A stretch of DNA of 64,000 bases from Chrysomallon squamiferum (Eukaryota; Animalia; Mollusca), in NCBI GenBank assembly GCA_012295275.1, contig CM022674.1, positions 16,306,001-16,370,000 of the forward strand. Reading direction: 5' to 3'. How positions within the stretch are numbered: the stretch's first letter is position 1; the number at the start of each line of letters is the position of its first letter. The translations under genes were made by a program, and so were the position numbers. The notes under the pieces were generated by a model, which did not search any database, was not told where the DNA came from, and saw only the letters and a program-made list of their open reading frames with translations. This document shows positions 1 through 13,050 of the stretch, piece by piece.

Positions 1-179
1 AAATTTAACAAGGGTTATAAATTTACATTTAGCAATTGTTTCAAAATTAGTAGTTTATAAATCTATATGAAATAAATTCTAAAATAAATAAACAATTCAG
101 ATATTTTCTTTTTCTAGTTTTTTTTTTAATGGCATTTTTTTCAGTATTTTCATTCAAAAAATCCTGTAAAGAATAGTGT

Positions 180-675
180 TTCTCTTTTTTTTTACAGTTT
201 CATTTCAAAACATAATTTTAGTCACAGTTTTCTGGTTTCAAATAATAAATCTGTTGGAATTTTCATTACAGTTTTAGTTCGAACGTGAAGATGAACACAT
301 TTCCATTATAATTTTAGTTCAGAAAAGCAGATGGTGGAATTTTCAGTACAGTTTTAATTCAAAACAGAAATAGGTCGAATTGTTATAACAGTTTTCCTTC
401 AAAAATTGAAGGTGGTCGAATTTCCATTAGACGTATAGTCCAAAACAGGAGATTGTGAAATTGTCATTACATTTTTAGTTCAAAACAGAAGACGGTCATT
501 TTATTAATTACAGATACAACTTTAGTCAGAAGACAGACAAATTTTCCTAAAACTATTTGCTCAAAACAGAAGATGGTGGAATTTGTATTACCGTTTCAAT
601 TTATAACAGAAGATGTTCAAATTCTCAATCATGTTTTAGTTCAAAACAGAAGATGGACGAATTTTCATAACAGTT
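180..675 (-). repeat. 40-bp minisatellite (about 12 degenerate units) derived from the last codons of the FReD CDS
   Basis: The minus strand shows repeated AAAACTGTAATGAAAATTCxACCATCTTCTGTTTTGAACT-like units; the first unit is the coding end [13 protein letters not shown]. Confidence 0.85.
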
Positions 676-901
676 TTCTTCAGTGAATAGTAATAGCCTA
701 TCCATGGCGACCAGTTGATTCCAACACCAAATAAATTATTGATTCCATTGAGGTACAGACCGTTCAGATTCGCCGAATGACAGCTGTTGTACCACCAACC
801 TCCCTTATAACTCCTAGCACATGAGTTACCATTGTCCTTTGTAGAGAATCTCATACCATTGTGACGAATGCTAGCTGCTACAGTGTTGATCAGGGCATCG
901 C
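636..901 (-). CDS. Terminal exon (subtype B) of a fibrinogen-related-domain (FReD) lectin; open but orphaned from exons 1-4
   Basis: TGTAG acceptor at 902-906; 266-nt exon [50 protein letters not shown]...[16 protein letters not shown], with FReD motifs FSTKD, GGWWY, CH..NLNG and MKIRP. Confidence 0.85.
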
Positions 902-1363
902 CTACAAGTAAACACCCTATAGAATCACATTCGTGTCAGTCAGTTTTTCAACATATAACAGCAGCAACAACGACTACGACTTTTCTCTAAACGTAATTCT
1001 TAATACCAGCTTAATGTTTCTGTGAGTAAACCGGATTCGTAATAAATAATCCTAAATAAGTATATTGTTGTATTTGCATATATAAGTATAGATACATACT
1101 TACATATATCTATCTATCTATCTATCTATATATATATTGTTTTATATATCTTTATAAATATTTTATTTTATTTTATCTATAATAATGTTTTATCTACCCA
1201 TACAAATATATTGTTCTGTCTATCTGTCTATATGTCCTCCCTCCCCCCTCCCTGTGTTTATATGTGTGTTTACCTATGTCTATATTTGAATATTTTCCTG
1301 TCTGTCTCTTAATCTATCTTTCAATCTAACTACCTATCTGTATACAGAGAAGACGAGAGAAAG

Positions 1364-1502
<139 letters not shown>

Positions 1503-1529
1503 TCTTACTATTACAAATCAGTTTTTTGA

Positions 1530-1751
1530 TTTTCTTGTGGGTTAAATCCTATCATCAAGTTCAAACTTTTCCCAAGAGTTCTTTTCAATGTCGTATACGT
1601 ACCACGCCTTCCTCACATCCTTGTAAATGAAACGAAACAACGCTGATATCATCTCTGCAGTAATAATGAAACAACATCAATGAGAAAAACAACACCGATA
1701 ATAAAAATAATAACAATAACAATACTACTACTACTAATAATAATCATAACA

Positions 1752-1792
<41 letters not shown>

Positions 1793-2171
1793 TAATGATG
1801 ATGATGATGATTATGAAAATAATAACATATATTTCTTTTTTCTCATTCCTATTATTTCTCTAGGTAGCGGTTTCATTTTCTTTCTTTCTTTTATAACAAT
1901 AATAACAACAACAACAACAATAATAATAATAATAATAACAATAATAATAATAATATGCCGCTACAAGCAATAATAGTATTATTACAGAAAGTACTTCATT
2001 CCTTATATTTCTATAAAACTATTACTGCAACTCTACTATAATACTGTTTCAACTATCACAATCACCACTACTAGTGCTTCTACTTCTACTACATTTAATA
2101 TTACATCGTTCTAATAGATATAATCAAGATAAAGTAAATAATATCGACGTTAGTAATGAAATATTAACAGA

Positions 2172-2202
<31 letters not shown>

Positions 2203-2600
2203 CTGGTATGTAGACAGACAGACAAACAGACAGATATATATTTACCCTGATCTGTCTAGTAACTAGAAATGTTACTCAGAACTGGCGTATTGCAGCCTCA
2301 GGTGACAACTTCTTTGTAAACAAAACATTTGGCAGACGACTTTTCAAACCTGAACGTTTTGCATCTGGGTTCAAGGTCACACTGCGCGGCACACACCAAT
2401 TTACTCCTATCTTTGTTGACGGATACCAAATACCTTTCAGAAAGTAGGATTCCCGTTAGATTGTTATTTGTTGTCGTGTTTTAACCTATGGAATCACTGT
2501 TTACGGAAACTGAAGCGTCTGTTATGATGTTGTCAAGTATTGATGTTGTTATCAGTAGAAATAAGGAAAAAAACGATCCAGATATTTTGAACACCTTCAT
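1530..2600 (-). pseudogene. Exons 1-2 of signal peptide-PAN/apple-beta-propeller gene, inverted copy, disabled
   Basis: ATG at 2600: MKVFKISGSFFSLFLLITTS...G*NTTT...LVCAAQCDLEPRCKTFRFEKSSAKCFVYKEVVT*GCN..., donor GT at 2245-2244; exon 2 starts about 1654 (FIYKDVRKAWYVYDIEKNSWEKFEL). Three in-frame stops in exon 1. Confidence 0.75.
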
Positions 2601-3234
2601 CTTGTCTCTCGTGACAAAGGTTCCCTTGTTACATTTAAAATTTCTTTTTTTCTAATATATTTATCTGGCGTACTTCTTCAGATAGCAGAAATATAATATT
2701 GGAAATACAGATTAAAAATGTAACTGATTTTCTTATCAGTTTATTTAATTAATTGTTACGGTCCGTTTCAAAGGGTGATCGATTGTTTTAGAACTGGGTA
2801 CTTTGCTAAAGTAGAAAATGCTGGGCAATATTTCATAAGCAAATAAACAAGGATAGATTCTGAGTATCGCCCATTCTGAATTACATGGTTGAACAAAACC
2901 AGGTTGTGTGTAGCAGACTATATCTATCAGCTAACATAAACTAGTATGCTCAGCTCCTGAATACCTGATATACCTTTCCTATCTGCTGTTTGTCATTTTC
3001 GACTTCCCCGTCCATGATACTTGTTTTATGTCCACATCGATTCCGGAATTATAGAAATACACAATTCAGGCTTGACCTGCTACAGTTCTTTATGAATTCT
3101 TTGTCGATCGGAGCGGTTGAGAGAACATAATATATTGTTTACTCGTATGAAATAATATCATAATTTAAAACAAAAAAATCATTTTTCAGTTCTATCTAAA
3201 ACGTTAAAACTGGATTTGGTAAAGGACGTCATAT

Positions 3235-4800
3235 AGGGTTAGGGTTAGAGTGACAGTTAGAGTTAGGATTGTTTAAATTTTATTATAAATGTTATGATAA
3301 ACTGCAAAATAATTTGAGTGTCACGACTGGAAGTAGCGTTAGGGTAAGATTTAAAGTTGGGGACCTCGGTAGGGTTAGGTTTAGAAGTTGAGCTAAGGAT
3401 AGGGTTAGGGTTATGGTTAAGGTTAAGTTTAAGGTTAGGATTAGGATTAGAGTAAGCGTAAGAATTAATGTTCCCAACCTCCATAGGATTAGGTTTGGAT
3501 GTTAAGCTACGGTTAGGGTTAGTGTTAGAGCTAGGATCATTTAAATTTTATCATTAGTGTTATGATAATATGCAAAATAATTTGGGGTCACGTTAGGGTC
3601 ATGGTTAGGGTTAGGGTTAGAGCTAGGATCATTTAAATTTTATCATTAGTGTTAATGCAAAATGATTTGGGGTCACGCTTGGAAGTAGCGTAAGGGTAAG
3701 AAATAATGTTGCGAACCTCCGTACTATTCCTTTAGAAATTGAGCTAGCGTTAAGGTTAGGGTTAGGGTTAGTGTTAGTGTTAGTGCTACGGTTATTTAAG
3801 TTTTATCATTAACGTTATCATAACGTGAAAAATAAATTCTGGGTCACGATTGGAAGTAGCGTAAGGCTAACAATAAAAGATGCTGACCTCCGTATGACTG
3901 AGCTTTGAAACTGAGATACGGTTAACGGTAGGGTTAGGGTTAGGGTTATTCAAATTTTATCACTTGTGTAATGATAATGTCAAAAATAATTTGTGGTTCA
4001 CGATTGGAATTAGCGTAAGGGTAAGAATTAATATTCCGAACCTGGATAGCATTAGTTTCGGTAGTTAAGCTAGGGTTAGGGTTAGGATTAGGGTTAGAGG
4101 TAGTTTTATTTAAACTGTATCATTAGTGTTCTGACAATGTGCAAGATAATTTGTGGGATACGATTGGAAGTATCGTACAAATTAATGTTGCGGACCTCCG
4201 TAGGTTTAGGTTTAGAAATTGAGCTAGGGTTAAGGTTAAGGTTAGGGATATATTTAGGGTTAGGGTTAGAGCTAGGATTATTAAAACTGTATCATTAATC
4301 ATTTAATAATGTGCAAACTAATTTGAGGTCACGATTCGAATTAGCGTAAGGGTAAGAATTAATGTGGCGGAATTCCGTAGGATTAAGTTTAGAAGTTGAG
4401 ATAGGGTTAAGGTTAAGGTTAGGATTTGGATAAGGGTTAGGGTTAGGGTTAGGGCTAAACCTAGGGTTATTTAAATTTTATCACTAGTGTTAGGATCATG
4501 TGTAACATGATGTGTGAGTCACGTGGAAGTAGCGAAATGGTAAGAATTCATGTTCCGGACCTGCGTTGGATTAGGTTTAGAAGTTGAGCTACGTTTAGGG
4601 TTGGGGTTAGGGTTAGGGTTAGTGTTAGGGTTAGAGCTTGGATGATTAAAATATTATCATTAGTGATCTTATAATGTGCAAAATAATTTGGGGGTCACGA
4701 TTGGAGTTAGCGTAAGGGAAAAAACTCATGTTGCGAATTTCCAGGGGATTAAGTTTAGAAATTGAGCTAGGTTAAGGATTAGTGTTAATGTTAGGGATAC
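3235..4800 (+). repeat. Complex tandem satellite (about 155-190-bp units) containing degenerate TTAGGG blocks
   Basis: About 9-10 units of a core (..TTTAAATTTTATCATTAGTG..GGTCACGATTGGAAGTAGCGTAAGGGTAAGAATTAATGTTGCGGACCTCCGTAGG..) separated by variable GGGTTA/AGGTTA runs. Confidence 0.9.
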
Positions 4801-6130
4801 AGCATTTGCCACCATTTTGTTTTCTTTTTCTGTTATTTCTTTAATTTTTAATTTTTTTTTAGAAAATTGCAAAATAATTCTGTTTCTAAAATCTACATTT
4901 TTCTTCTTTTATTTCAACACTAAATATCTGAAATCTACATTTTACATCTTTTATTTCAAACTAAATTAATTCCACCATTACCTGATGTACCCATTTTTAC
5001 ACACGAGTCTCAAAAATATAGAAAACAGTGACTGTGTAATAATAATAATAATACTAGTTTTCATTTTTAGTACTAGTATTAGTATTACTATTAGTATTAG
5101 TATTATGGAGTGTTAACTGGCTTATTTACCTACTGAAATCCTAGCCCTTCAGCCGAACACGGACATTCTGGTTATTAATATTTTTGATAGTGTAGGATGA
5201 TCAATGTGGCTCTTTAACATAAAGTATTAATAGTTTTAAAAAAGGCTTCGTAAAAAATAATACAGATAAAAACACAGATAAATAAATGCAAATAACTGAA
5301 ACTACTTTGTGTTACTTGTAAGTACATAAATTACACGACATTTACTTGTACTGTTAAAATATAGATCATATGTATTCGGCCACAATTGCTTAATTATATC
5401 GTTTATTCCAATCGAGCCTATATTTACCACTTGGTATAGTGCTGTATAATTTTAAAAATAAAACAACTAAAGCAAAGTTATGGAATATATAAAAGGAAAA
5501 ATAGCCAAGCGATATGATTTGTTTTATTTAAACTCGATTGTGATTGTGTTATAGATTTAAAGACAAATTTAATACAAATTACCCGATTTATATATATATA
5601 TATATATTTTTTTTTAATACAGATAATATTTGTTATTATCATTGTTATTATTTGTATTATCATCATTATTATTTGTCAGTATTCTTGTACTAATAATTGT
5701 GAACTCATTAAGAACGAGAACTTTGCTATTTCACCAAATATGACTGTGAGACTTACCTCCCTTATACGATGTTGAAGCCCTTAAACGCAGTAGCTTGATA
5801 AAAAAAGAACCACAAAGCTTCAGATATCGAAACCGCCTGCTTGAAGGTGTTCCCCATTGCTGATAAATGAACACATTATTAATCAATTAATGTATTAAGA
5901 ATACTTCAGAAAACTTCTTTGTTTTATGATTTTATTGACAATACTCTCCTATACAGATCAAGTACTGTAATTAAATAAACAGTGAGCGAATAACAAGATT
6001 GGATGAAAGAAAGGAGAAAAAGACAAATATAAAACGACATTATAAACATTTTAAATTAATGAAATGTCAGACATCATTTTCTTTCTTAATTATTGATTGT
6101 GTCATTGTTGTGTTGTTGTTGTTGTTGTTG

Positions 6131-6166
<36 letters not shown>

Positions 6167-6255
6167 CTATCCATCCTTTTATTACCATCATCGTAATTAT
6201 TTTTCAGTACTGATTATGATTATGATTAAGATTATTATTGTTATTGTCATTATTA

Positions 6256-6304
<49 letters not shown>

Positions 6305-6760
6305 TATTATTAGTAGTAGTACTAGTAGTAGTAGTAGTAGTTACAAAGATGTTTCAGTATTTTCAACTGATCTATGTAATATACTTTTCTGACATAATTA
6401 ACGCGCCAAGTGTATTTTTGAACTGTACATTCATTTGCGATATGGTATCTTCTGTAAACAATCAAACAAACAAACAAACAAACAAATAAATAAATAAATA
6501 AATCTAACGAATGATGTACAATTGTTTCTCGTCCGTGTGCAAGCGCAAATGCCAAGAGCGGAAATTAGGACTCGTTTGCCATGATTTGGAACCTTACTCT
6601 CCGGAAGAATTCGTCGCAATAACAGATAATAGTCGTCAACAACAAAACAAAGCAGAAACTTGTAACAGATCAGGTGAACTGTTCTTCTGATTTATTATGC
6701 TGACTAATCTCACCAGACGATAAAATCACGGTAAGAAAAATCTGCCCTGTTAAAGGCATA

Positions 6761-6797
<37 letters not shown>

Positions 6798-7469
6798 TTG
6801 CACTGGCACGGAAGAAATCGCTCATACATACATTTATAACTTAGCTTTTATTGGTTAATGTTTATTTATTTATTTACTTACATATATACTTACTTACTCA
6901 CTTACTTATTTTTGTTTACTTACTAATTTATTTATTTATTTATTTATTTATTTGTTAGATACTTTGTTTGTTTCTTTGTTTATTATAATTATTGTTAATA
7001 TTAGTATTATTATTATTTCCTTTTTCTCTTTTTTAAGCAAGTAGCAAAATTATTTTATACTTATTATTTTTTAAATATCGATTGTCTATTTTATATTTAT
7101 AATGCTATTTTCAGGGATTTAAACATGTACAAGAAAGAGGTAGAATGCTTGGCAGCTACAATTTTACAAATAGTACACAAACTTACCAAAATTTTGATAA
7201 TTCAGTATTAAATGTATTTAAAAAAATAGAAAACCTGTCAATGTTACATTTAATGATGAAAATACCACAACTGGTGAAGATTTAAGAGAAATCACTGATT
7301 GACTGTTATATTTTATTTCAGAAGTATATCTCACTTTCAGAAATTTGCTGATACTGACGTCTTCAAAACCAATGGGTGGTATTACCAAGATGATCTTCCA
7401 GAACAGGAACAATTTGACAGGAAAGTCGCAGCAGATACAATAGAAGATTTAGAAGAGAAACCACCTGAT

Positions 7470-7830
7470 TTGAAAGTAAAACTAGATCTAAAACAGGTTT
7501 CAAGGCAAAAACAACTTGATGTCAAACTGAAAACTATTCCGTCTCAAAAACAGTAGGAACAGATTGATGTGATGAGGAAAGCTTATCCAGTAAAAGATGC
7601 ACAGAAGAAAAAACTTGGCCTGAAAGTTACAGCAGATCGAGCACGAATTTCACAGCAAGAACAACTACATGTAAAAGTGAAAGCAAATCGACCTCAAGTT
7701 TCACAGCAGAAACAACTTGATGTAAAAGTGAAAGCAGATCCAGCTCAACTTTCACAGCATAAACAACTTGATGTTAAAGTGAAATTACATCCAGTACAAG
7801 TTTCACAGCAGAAACAACTTAATGTGAAAC
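7470..7830 (+). repeat. Coding 51-nt (17-aa) tandem repeat QVSQQKQLDVKVKADPA in an upstream PARP exon
   Basis: Seen in ORFs 7299-7556 and 7569-7868; mirrored at about 15510-15870. Confidence 0.85.
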
Positions 7831-9265
7831 AACCAGAAGAGATAAATGAATATGGAAAACAAGTATAAGTTTTAATAACAGTGACATATCAGAATGTAGT
7901 TTTACTTTTGTTTCAGAGTACATCCTTCAGAAGGTATTAACCACAAGTTCAGTCCTCCTTGGATCCAGGGTCCTAAGTTTTTATCTTTTTGAAAAAGTAT
8001 GTATTAAAAATAATTTGAAAAATAATAGTTCATTAAGACATCTCAGAAGATTTCCTCTCTTGTTTTAAGTATCCTCTTTTACTATTTTTATTACTTAATA
8101 CTACACAACAATATGTAAACATGTTATGTGTTAATCGTATTGCAATTGTACTATTACTTTTTTGTGCAACTAATTAAAATTTACTACATCTATATCTATA
8201 ATGTATATTCGTATATACAGACAGACATACACACCTTTTTTTCTTCAGTTTTCAAAGAATTTCTCTATTGCATTTGCCAGTAACTTTATTCCAATTGTTG
8301 TTGATTTTCACTTAATGAGAAGTTTAGTTTGTTTCGAACTGGGAGTGGTTGATGTCATAGTTTAGCGTCTCTCAACAGCATCGTATGTCACTGCACAAGA
8401 AGACAACTTCACACAGCTCACACAGTGGTGTTGGTATTTTGAGGCAGACTCTGGAAATTGGTTGTCTTATAAGCCAGTGAATACTAATTTTATTTTGTTG
8501 ATGAACTACTTTTTTATTTTTTATTCTTATTTATTTTATTTTATCTTTCATTTTGTTTAATTTATTTATTCATTTACTTATTGTCTTACTTTAAGTTTAG
8601 TTTAAAAACGATAAAGAACTTTATACGTAAGAAAGATAAATAATATTTAAAGAAATGAAAATTTAGAAAACCACAAGTTAGAACGAAGAAAGAAAGAGAT
8701 GTTTAAAATGTTAATGTTAATACCTATAACATTGTGTTTATAATATATTAGTAGTTATCAAATAAAAATAATCTGTTGTATCACATATCACATTCATACA
8801 TAGTCAAAGAATATCACATCATGTCACACAACTGACCTTACTTTACATATAACATATGTCATACCCATATCATATGTTATTATATAAAACAGCATATCGT
8901 TTTTGTAATAGAAAAGTCTGCAGTATACTCTTGAACTGAAGTACTTGGCTGGGCAGCCATTTTATAATTTTGAAACTGACACGTTTCAGTATGAAATACA
9001 TTTTAGCCAGATGATCCAAACACATCTGAAAACATTAAAACAAAGACGACTGTTGAGGAGACCTGCTTTTGTTTCCAGTGATGATGTACAGAGGCAAACA
9101 AAAGTGTAAATAGAAAAATATTGTACAAGTACAATAACTTTCGATTAAGATATTTTGTACCTCACTTTCACTTATTTTAAATGTTTTTCTTTCTTAACGT
9201 TTTCAAAACTTGTCTGTCGTTATCGTATATCTTAATATCCGACTTCATTTTTGTTTTAACTTTTT

Positions 9266-9369
<104 letters not shown>

Positions 9370-9809
9370 TCTTTTACAATTAAAATTGAGAGTTCATCGA
9401 TGTCTTTCGTTCAAGAAGTTTCCACGTTCACCAACTATCCCAGACAACTGGTTCCCTCTAGACTGTTACCAACCAGTAGAACTGGTGAAACTAAAATTTG
9501 ATGACTTCACCGAAGTCGAGGAGGTGAAAACTGTGATGAAATTATTTTTCTCTACCATGAACAAATCGGAAGTCAAATTGAAATCTTTGTTTCGCATTCA
9601 GAATCTACGTATGTGGGAAAGGTACTGTAGGTAAGAGTACACATTTTATGACACTGTTTACATACAATTAAATAGCCTAAATATATTATGTATACTTCAA
9701 GATATGTTTTATTTATTTATTTATCATCATCTTTATCAACATATTTTTTTATCCAATCTTAGTTCATAAATAATTTATTATATATGATTTGTACTGCCTC
9801 CTAAATAAA

Positions 9810-10020
9810 ACAGTAATCAGTATGTACTAATTAAATAAATAATCAATGATAGATATTAATTAGTATGTTCTCATTAAATAATAAATTAGTGATAGATATT
9901 TTATCAGTGTGTAGTGATTAAATATATAATCAGTGATAGACGCTTAATCAGTACGCACTCTTTAAATAAATAATCAATCATATATATTTAATTAATATTT
10001 TCTAAAGCTAATTAAATAAA
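9810..10020 (+). repeat. Intronic ~41-bp AT-rich minisatellite (about 5 units)
   Basis: TAATCAGTATGTACTAATTAAATAAATAATCAATGATAGATAT-like units. Confidence 0.65.
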
Positions 10021-10269
10021 TGATTGATTTACAATTGTAAAGGGAAGATATATGATATATTTCAGGAGTGTTGGAAACTAACAATTGATTTTCAACAGCC
10101 AGCAACAGAAGATTAATCAATTTGTTTAAAAATATATATATTTTAAATAAGTGATTGGTACTAAAAAATGTACTGTATCTGTAGTTTTATGAAAGAAATA
10201 GTTCATCTCCAAATAGTTGAGAAGTAAGCAATAATATTTGTAATTATTATGAGTTTTTCTCTTTTGCAG

Positions 10270-11089
10270 TATGAGAAATGCAATGTCGATGAAGAGGGAT
10301 GATCAAGGAGATATTAACGAAAGATTTCTCTTTCATGGAACCAGTGATGACGTCAGTGTCTTACGTGGAATCTGCCACAACAACATCGATTTCAGACTGA
10401 ACGAGAAACATGGAACATTGTACGGAAAGGGAGCTTATTTTGCCCGGGATTCCAAACACAGCCACAGATACAGCACAGGATCACATTGCTTCATGTTCAT
10501 TTCAAAGGTTCTTGTAGGCCAGTATGCTAAAGGTGAAAGTTCATGTCGGCCTCCTTCTAAGAAAGGACATGTTCTTTATGATTCTTGTGTCGATGATGTA
10601 AAGAATCCATCAATTTTTGTAATCTTTGACACTTCCCAGAGTTACCCAGTGTTTCTACTTGAATATTCTGTGGAGACCAGACGAGAATTGCCTTCTTCAA
10701 GCTCCTCAGTACCTGTTTCACAGGCGATTACTCCTACCAGAAATTCTCAAATGCACACTTCAGTTAGCAGTACAACCAATACTTCCAACACAAAACCAAG
10801 ATTTCACAATTCTACTTCTACTGCCAATACTTCCAACACAACACCAGTATTTCACAGTTCTACTTCTACAGCCAATACTTCTAACACAACACCAAAAATT
10901 CACAGTTCTACTTCTACAGCCAATACTTCCAACACAACACCAGTATTTCACACTTCTACTTCTACAGCCAATACTTCCAACACAACACTAAGATTACACA
11001 ACCCTACTTCTACAGCCAATACTTCCAACATTACAACAAGATTTCACACTTCTACGTCTACAGCTAATACTTCAACACTACACCAATAA
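10270..11089 (+). CDS. PARP catalytic-domain exon (H-Y-I mono-ART) with S/T-rich tail
   Basis: LFHGT, YGKGAYFARDS, MFISKVLVG, RPP, YDSCVDDVKNPSIFVIFD..QSYPVFLLEY motifs; TTTTGCAG acceptor ends at 10269. Confidence 0.93.
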
Positions 11090-11180
11090 TTCACACATAT
11101 ACTTCTACAGCCAATACATCTAGCACAACACCAAGATTTCACAGTTCTACTTCTACATTAAATACTTCCAACACTTCACC
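10755..11180 (+). repeat. Coding 48-nt (16-aa) repeat HSSTSTANTSNTTPxF, about 9 units
   Basis: Visible in ORF 10271-11089 and continuing past the frameshift-induced stop. Confidence 0.9.
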
Positions 11181-11889
11181 AAGTTCAACTTCCAATGATA
11201 CTGCTAACGCATCATACCTATGTGCGATTCTGTTGTATTTTGAAACACATTTATATCTCTTGGAATTATAATTTGTATTCATTTTTATTTTCGTTTTTGC
11301 ATTAAGTTTCTTTCGTAAACAATCTCGTTTTACTTGTTTTTCTTCTATGCACTGTAGATTTTTATGAATACTTTGTTAACGTTTTCGTTATTTAAGGCGA
11401 GAACATCTTAACACACGTGAACACTGAAACTTGCCGAGGGGTCACACTAGTATGTTGTGACTTACAGTAAATAAATACCTATACAGCTACACTATACCAT
11501 TCTATACTATACTATACTATGCTATACTAAACCATATCATATAATACTATACTATACTATACTATAATATAATATAATATAATATACTTTTATATAACGT
11601 AATATAATATATTATGCTGTGAAGATTTGTTTTGGAAAATGCATATTATCATCTGTTTCACTAAAGATAATAAACATTATTAAAGTTATGTTTGATGATA
11701 AGAAGTGGACACTGTAGGTATGCGGCCCAGTGAACAGTTTTTTCCACAGGGCTATAATGCAGTTAAGATGGCCTTGTTTATTTTGTTAGTTGCTGGGAAG
11801 AGTTTGTTTGGTTTCGGTCAACCAAAATTTTAAGAAGAAGAAAAAAAGTTATTTTTCTATTTCATATTTCATGCGCACATACCAATGTA

Positions 11890-12350
11890 TCTATTCTCAA
11901 ACTGATCAGTTGTTGACTACCACTTCTGCCAACTCCACAAGTGCAGGGATGTGGTTTGAAATATGGATAACGGACCTGATGTTCCACAGGCAGACATTAA
12001 ATGAGTATGTGCTTTTACATGGGTACACGATGATGCCAGATTTCCTTTGATTTTGTGGAACCACTGGCCCCTGAACAAAAAATGATGCGGAGATTTTTCA
12101 TTTCAGAATCAGCTTCACCTTCCGAATATATAAAGATTTGTAGAATTGATAAAAGGAGTAGAAACATCAGAACCTGCTAAACTGAGGCAGACAACCAAGG
12201 ATCTGCCCCACCATGAAGGGAGTTTATAAACAGACAGAACATAGATTAGTGAGACTGAAAGCACAGCTAATCCTTGGCCGGAGGTTATGGTCTGTTCCAC
12301 TAAACACGGGTATACGATGCACAATCACATTATAATTTCCTGTAATAATC
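11890..12350 (+). mobile_element. Degenerate MULE-type transposase C-terminal remnant
   Basis: Interrupted translation WFEIWITDLMF...HLPNI*RFVELIKGVE...KLRQ...VYKQTEHRLVRLKAQL resembles the W-I..F / HPNIxxFIExLK region of invertebrate MULE transposases. Confidence 0.45.
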
Positions 12351-12385
12351 AACTAGCAATACGTAACTGAACGAAGTACAATGAA

Positions 12386-12585
12386 NNNNNNNNNNNNNNN
12401 NNNNNNNNNNNNNNNNNNNNNNNNNNNNNNNNNNNNNNNNNNNNNNNNNNNNNNNNNNNNNNNNNNNNNNNNNNNNNNNNNNNNNNNNNNNNNNNNNNNN
12501 NNNNNNNNNNNNNNNNNNNNNNNNNNNNNNNNNNNNNNNNNNNNNNNNNNNNNNNNNNNNNNNNNNNNNNNNNNNNNNNNNNNNN
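12386..12585. other. Assembly gap (200 N)
   Basis: Run of N. Confidence 1.
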
Positions 12586-12589
12586 ATAC

Positions 12590-13050
12590 CATATATCAAT
12601 ATATCTGACACCTGTACCCATATGATTTAATTCTACGTGGTCAGTACACCACTATTATATATAACTACACATGACCCATTTAACGTCAGCAATATAATTA
12701 ATTATACATTGCCTTATAATAAAAATCTCACGTAACAATGAACTTCAAAATGTAATGAAAAGATAACCATACACATCTGTAACACAGTTTGATATAACTT
12801 GTTCCTTTAATGTATTTTGCCTGATTGTAATATTGTTTTTGAGAAATATGCTCAGATCTTCAACGCTGTAATATAAATATTTGTCAACCCTATCGACCCA
12901 TATACCACTGTAATATAATCCGTTGTATATCGTACTGACCTTTGTAACCTGTAATGTATTCACTTATATAGCCTACTGACCCAAACACCCATGTAATATA
13001 ATTATTTGTATATACTACTGACGCACACACCTGTGTAATGTAATTCTTTG
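12590..13050 (-). pseudogene. Degraded fragment of a Tyr/Gly-rich 13-aa-repeat gene; paralog of 59290-59900
   Basis: Nucleotide homology to 59290 onward; minus-strand YTNNYIT..GSVGY repeats in ORF 12890-13129. Confidence 0.45.

Noticed and set aside
3235-4800. True telomere or chromosome-fusion site; ORFs 3263-3484 and 3292-3477
   Set aside because: TTAGGG runs are short, degenerate and interrupted by a complex core; the opposite-orientation copy is explained by the inverted duplication; the PN/LT-rich ORFs are repeat translations.
5999-6555. Poly-I/L/Y/N, SLSL and ERER ORFs here and throughout the window
   Set aside because: They are translations of (TAA)n, (GA)n and (CA)n microsatellites with no coding signal.
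10626-10991. Overlapping alternative-frame and antisense ORFs in the PARP tail
   Set aside because: By-products of a stop-poor 48-nt repeat; no independent support.
12330-12621. ORFs containing X runs
   Set aside because: Artefacts of the 200-N gap.
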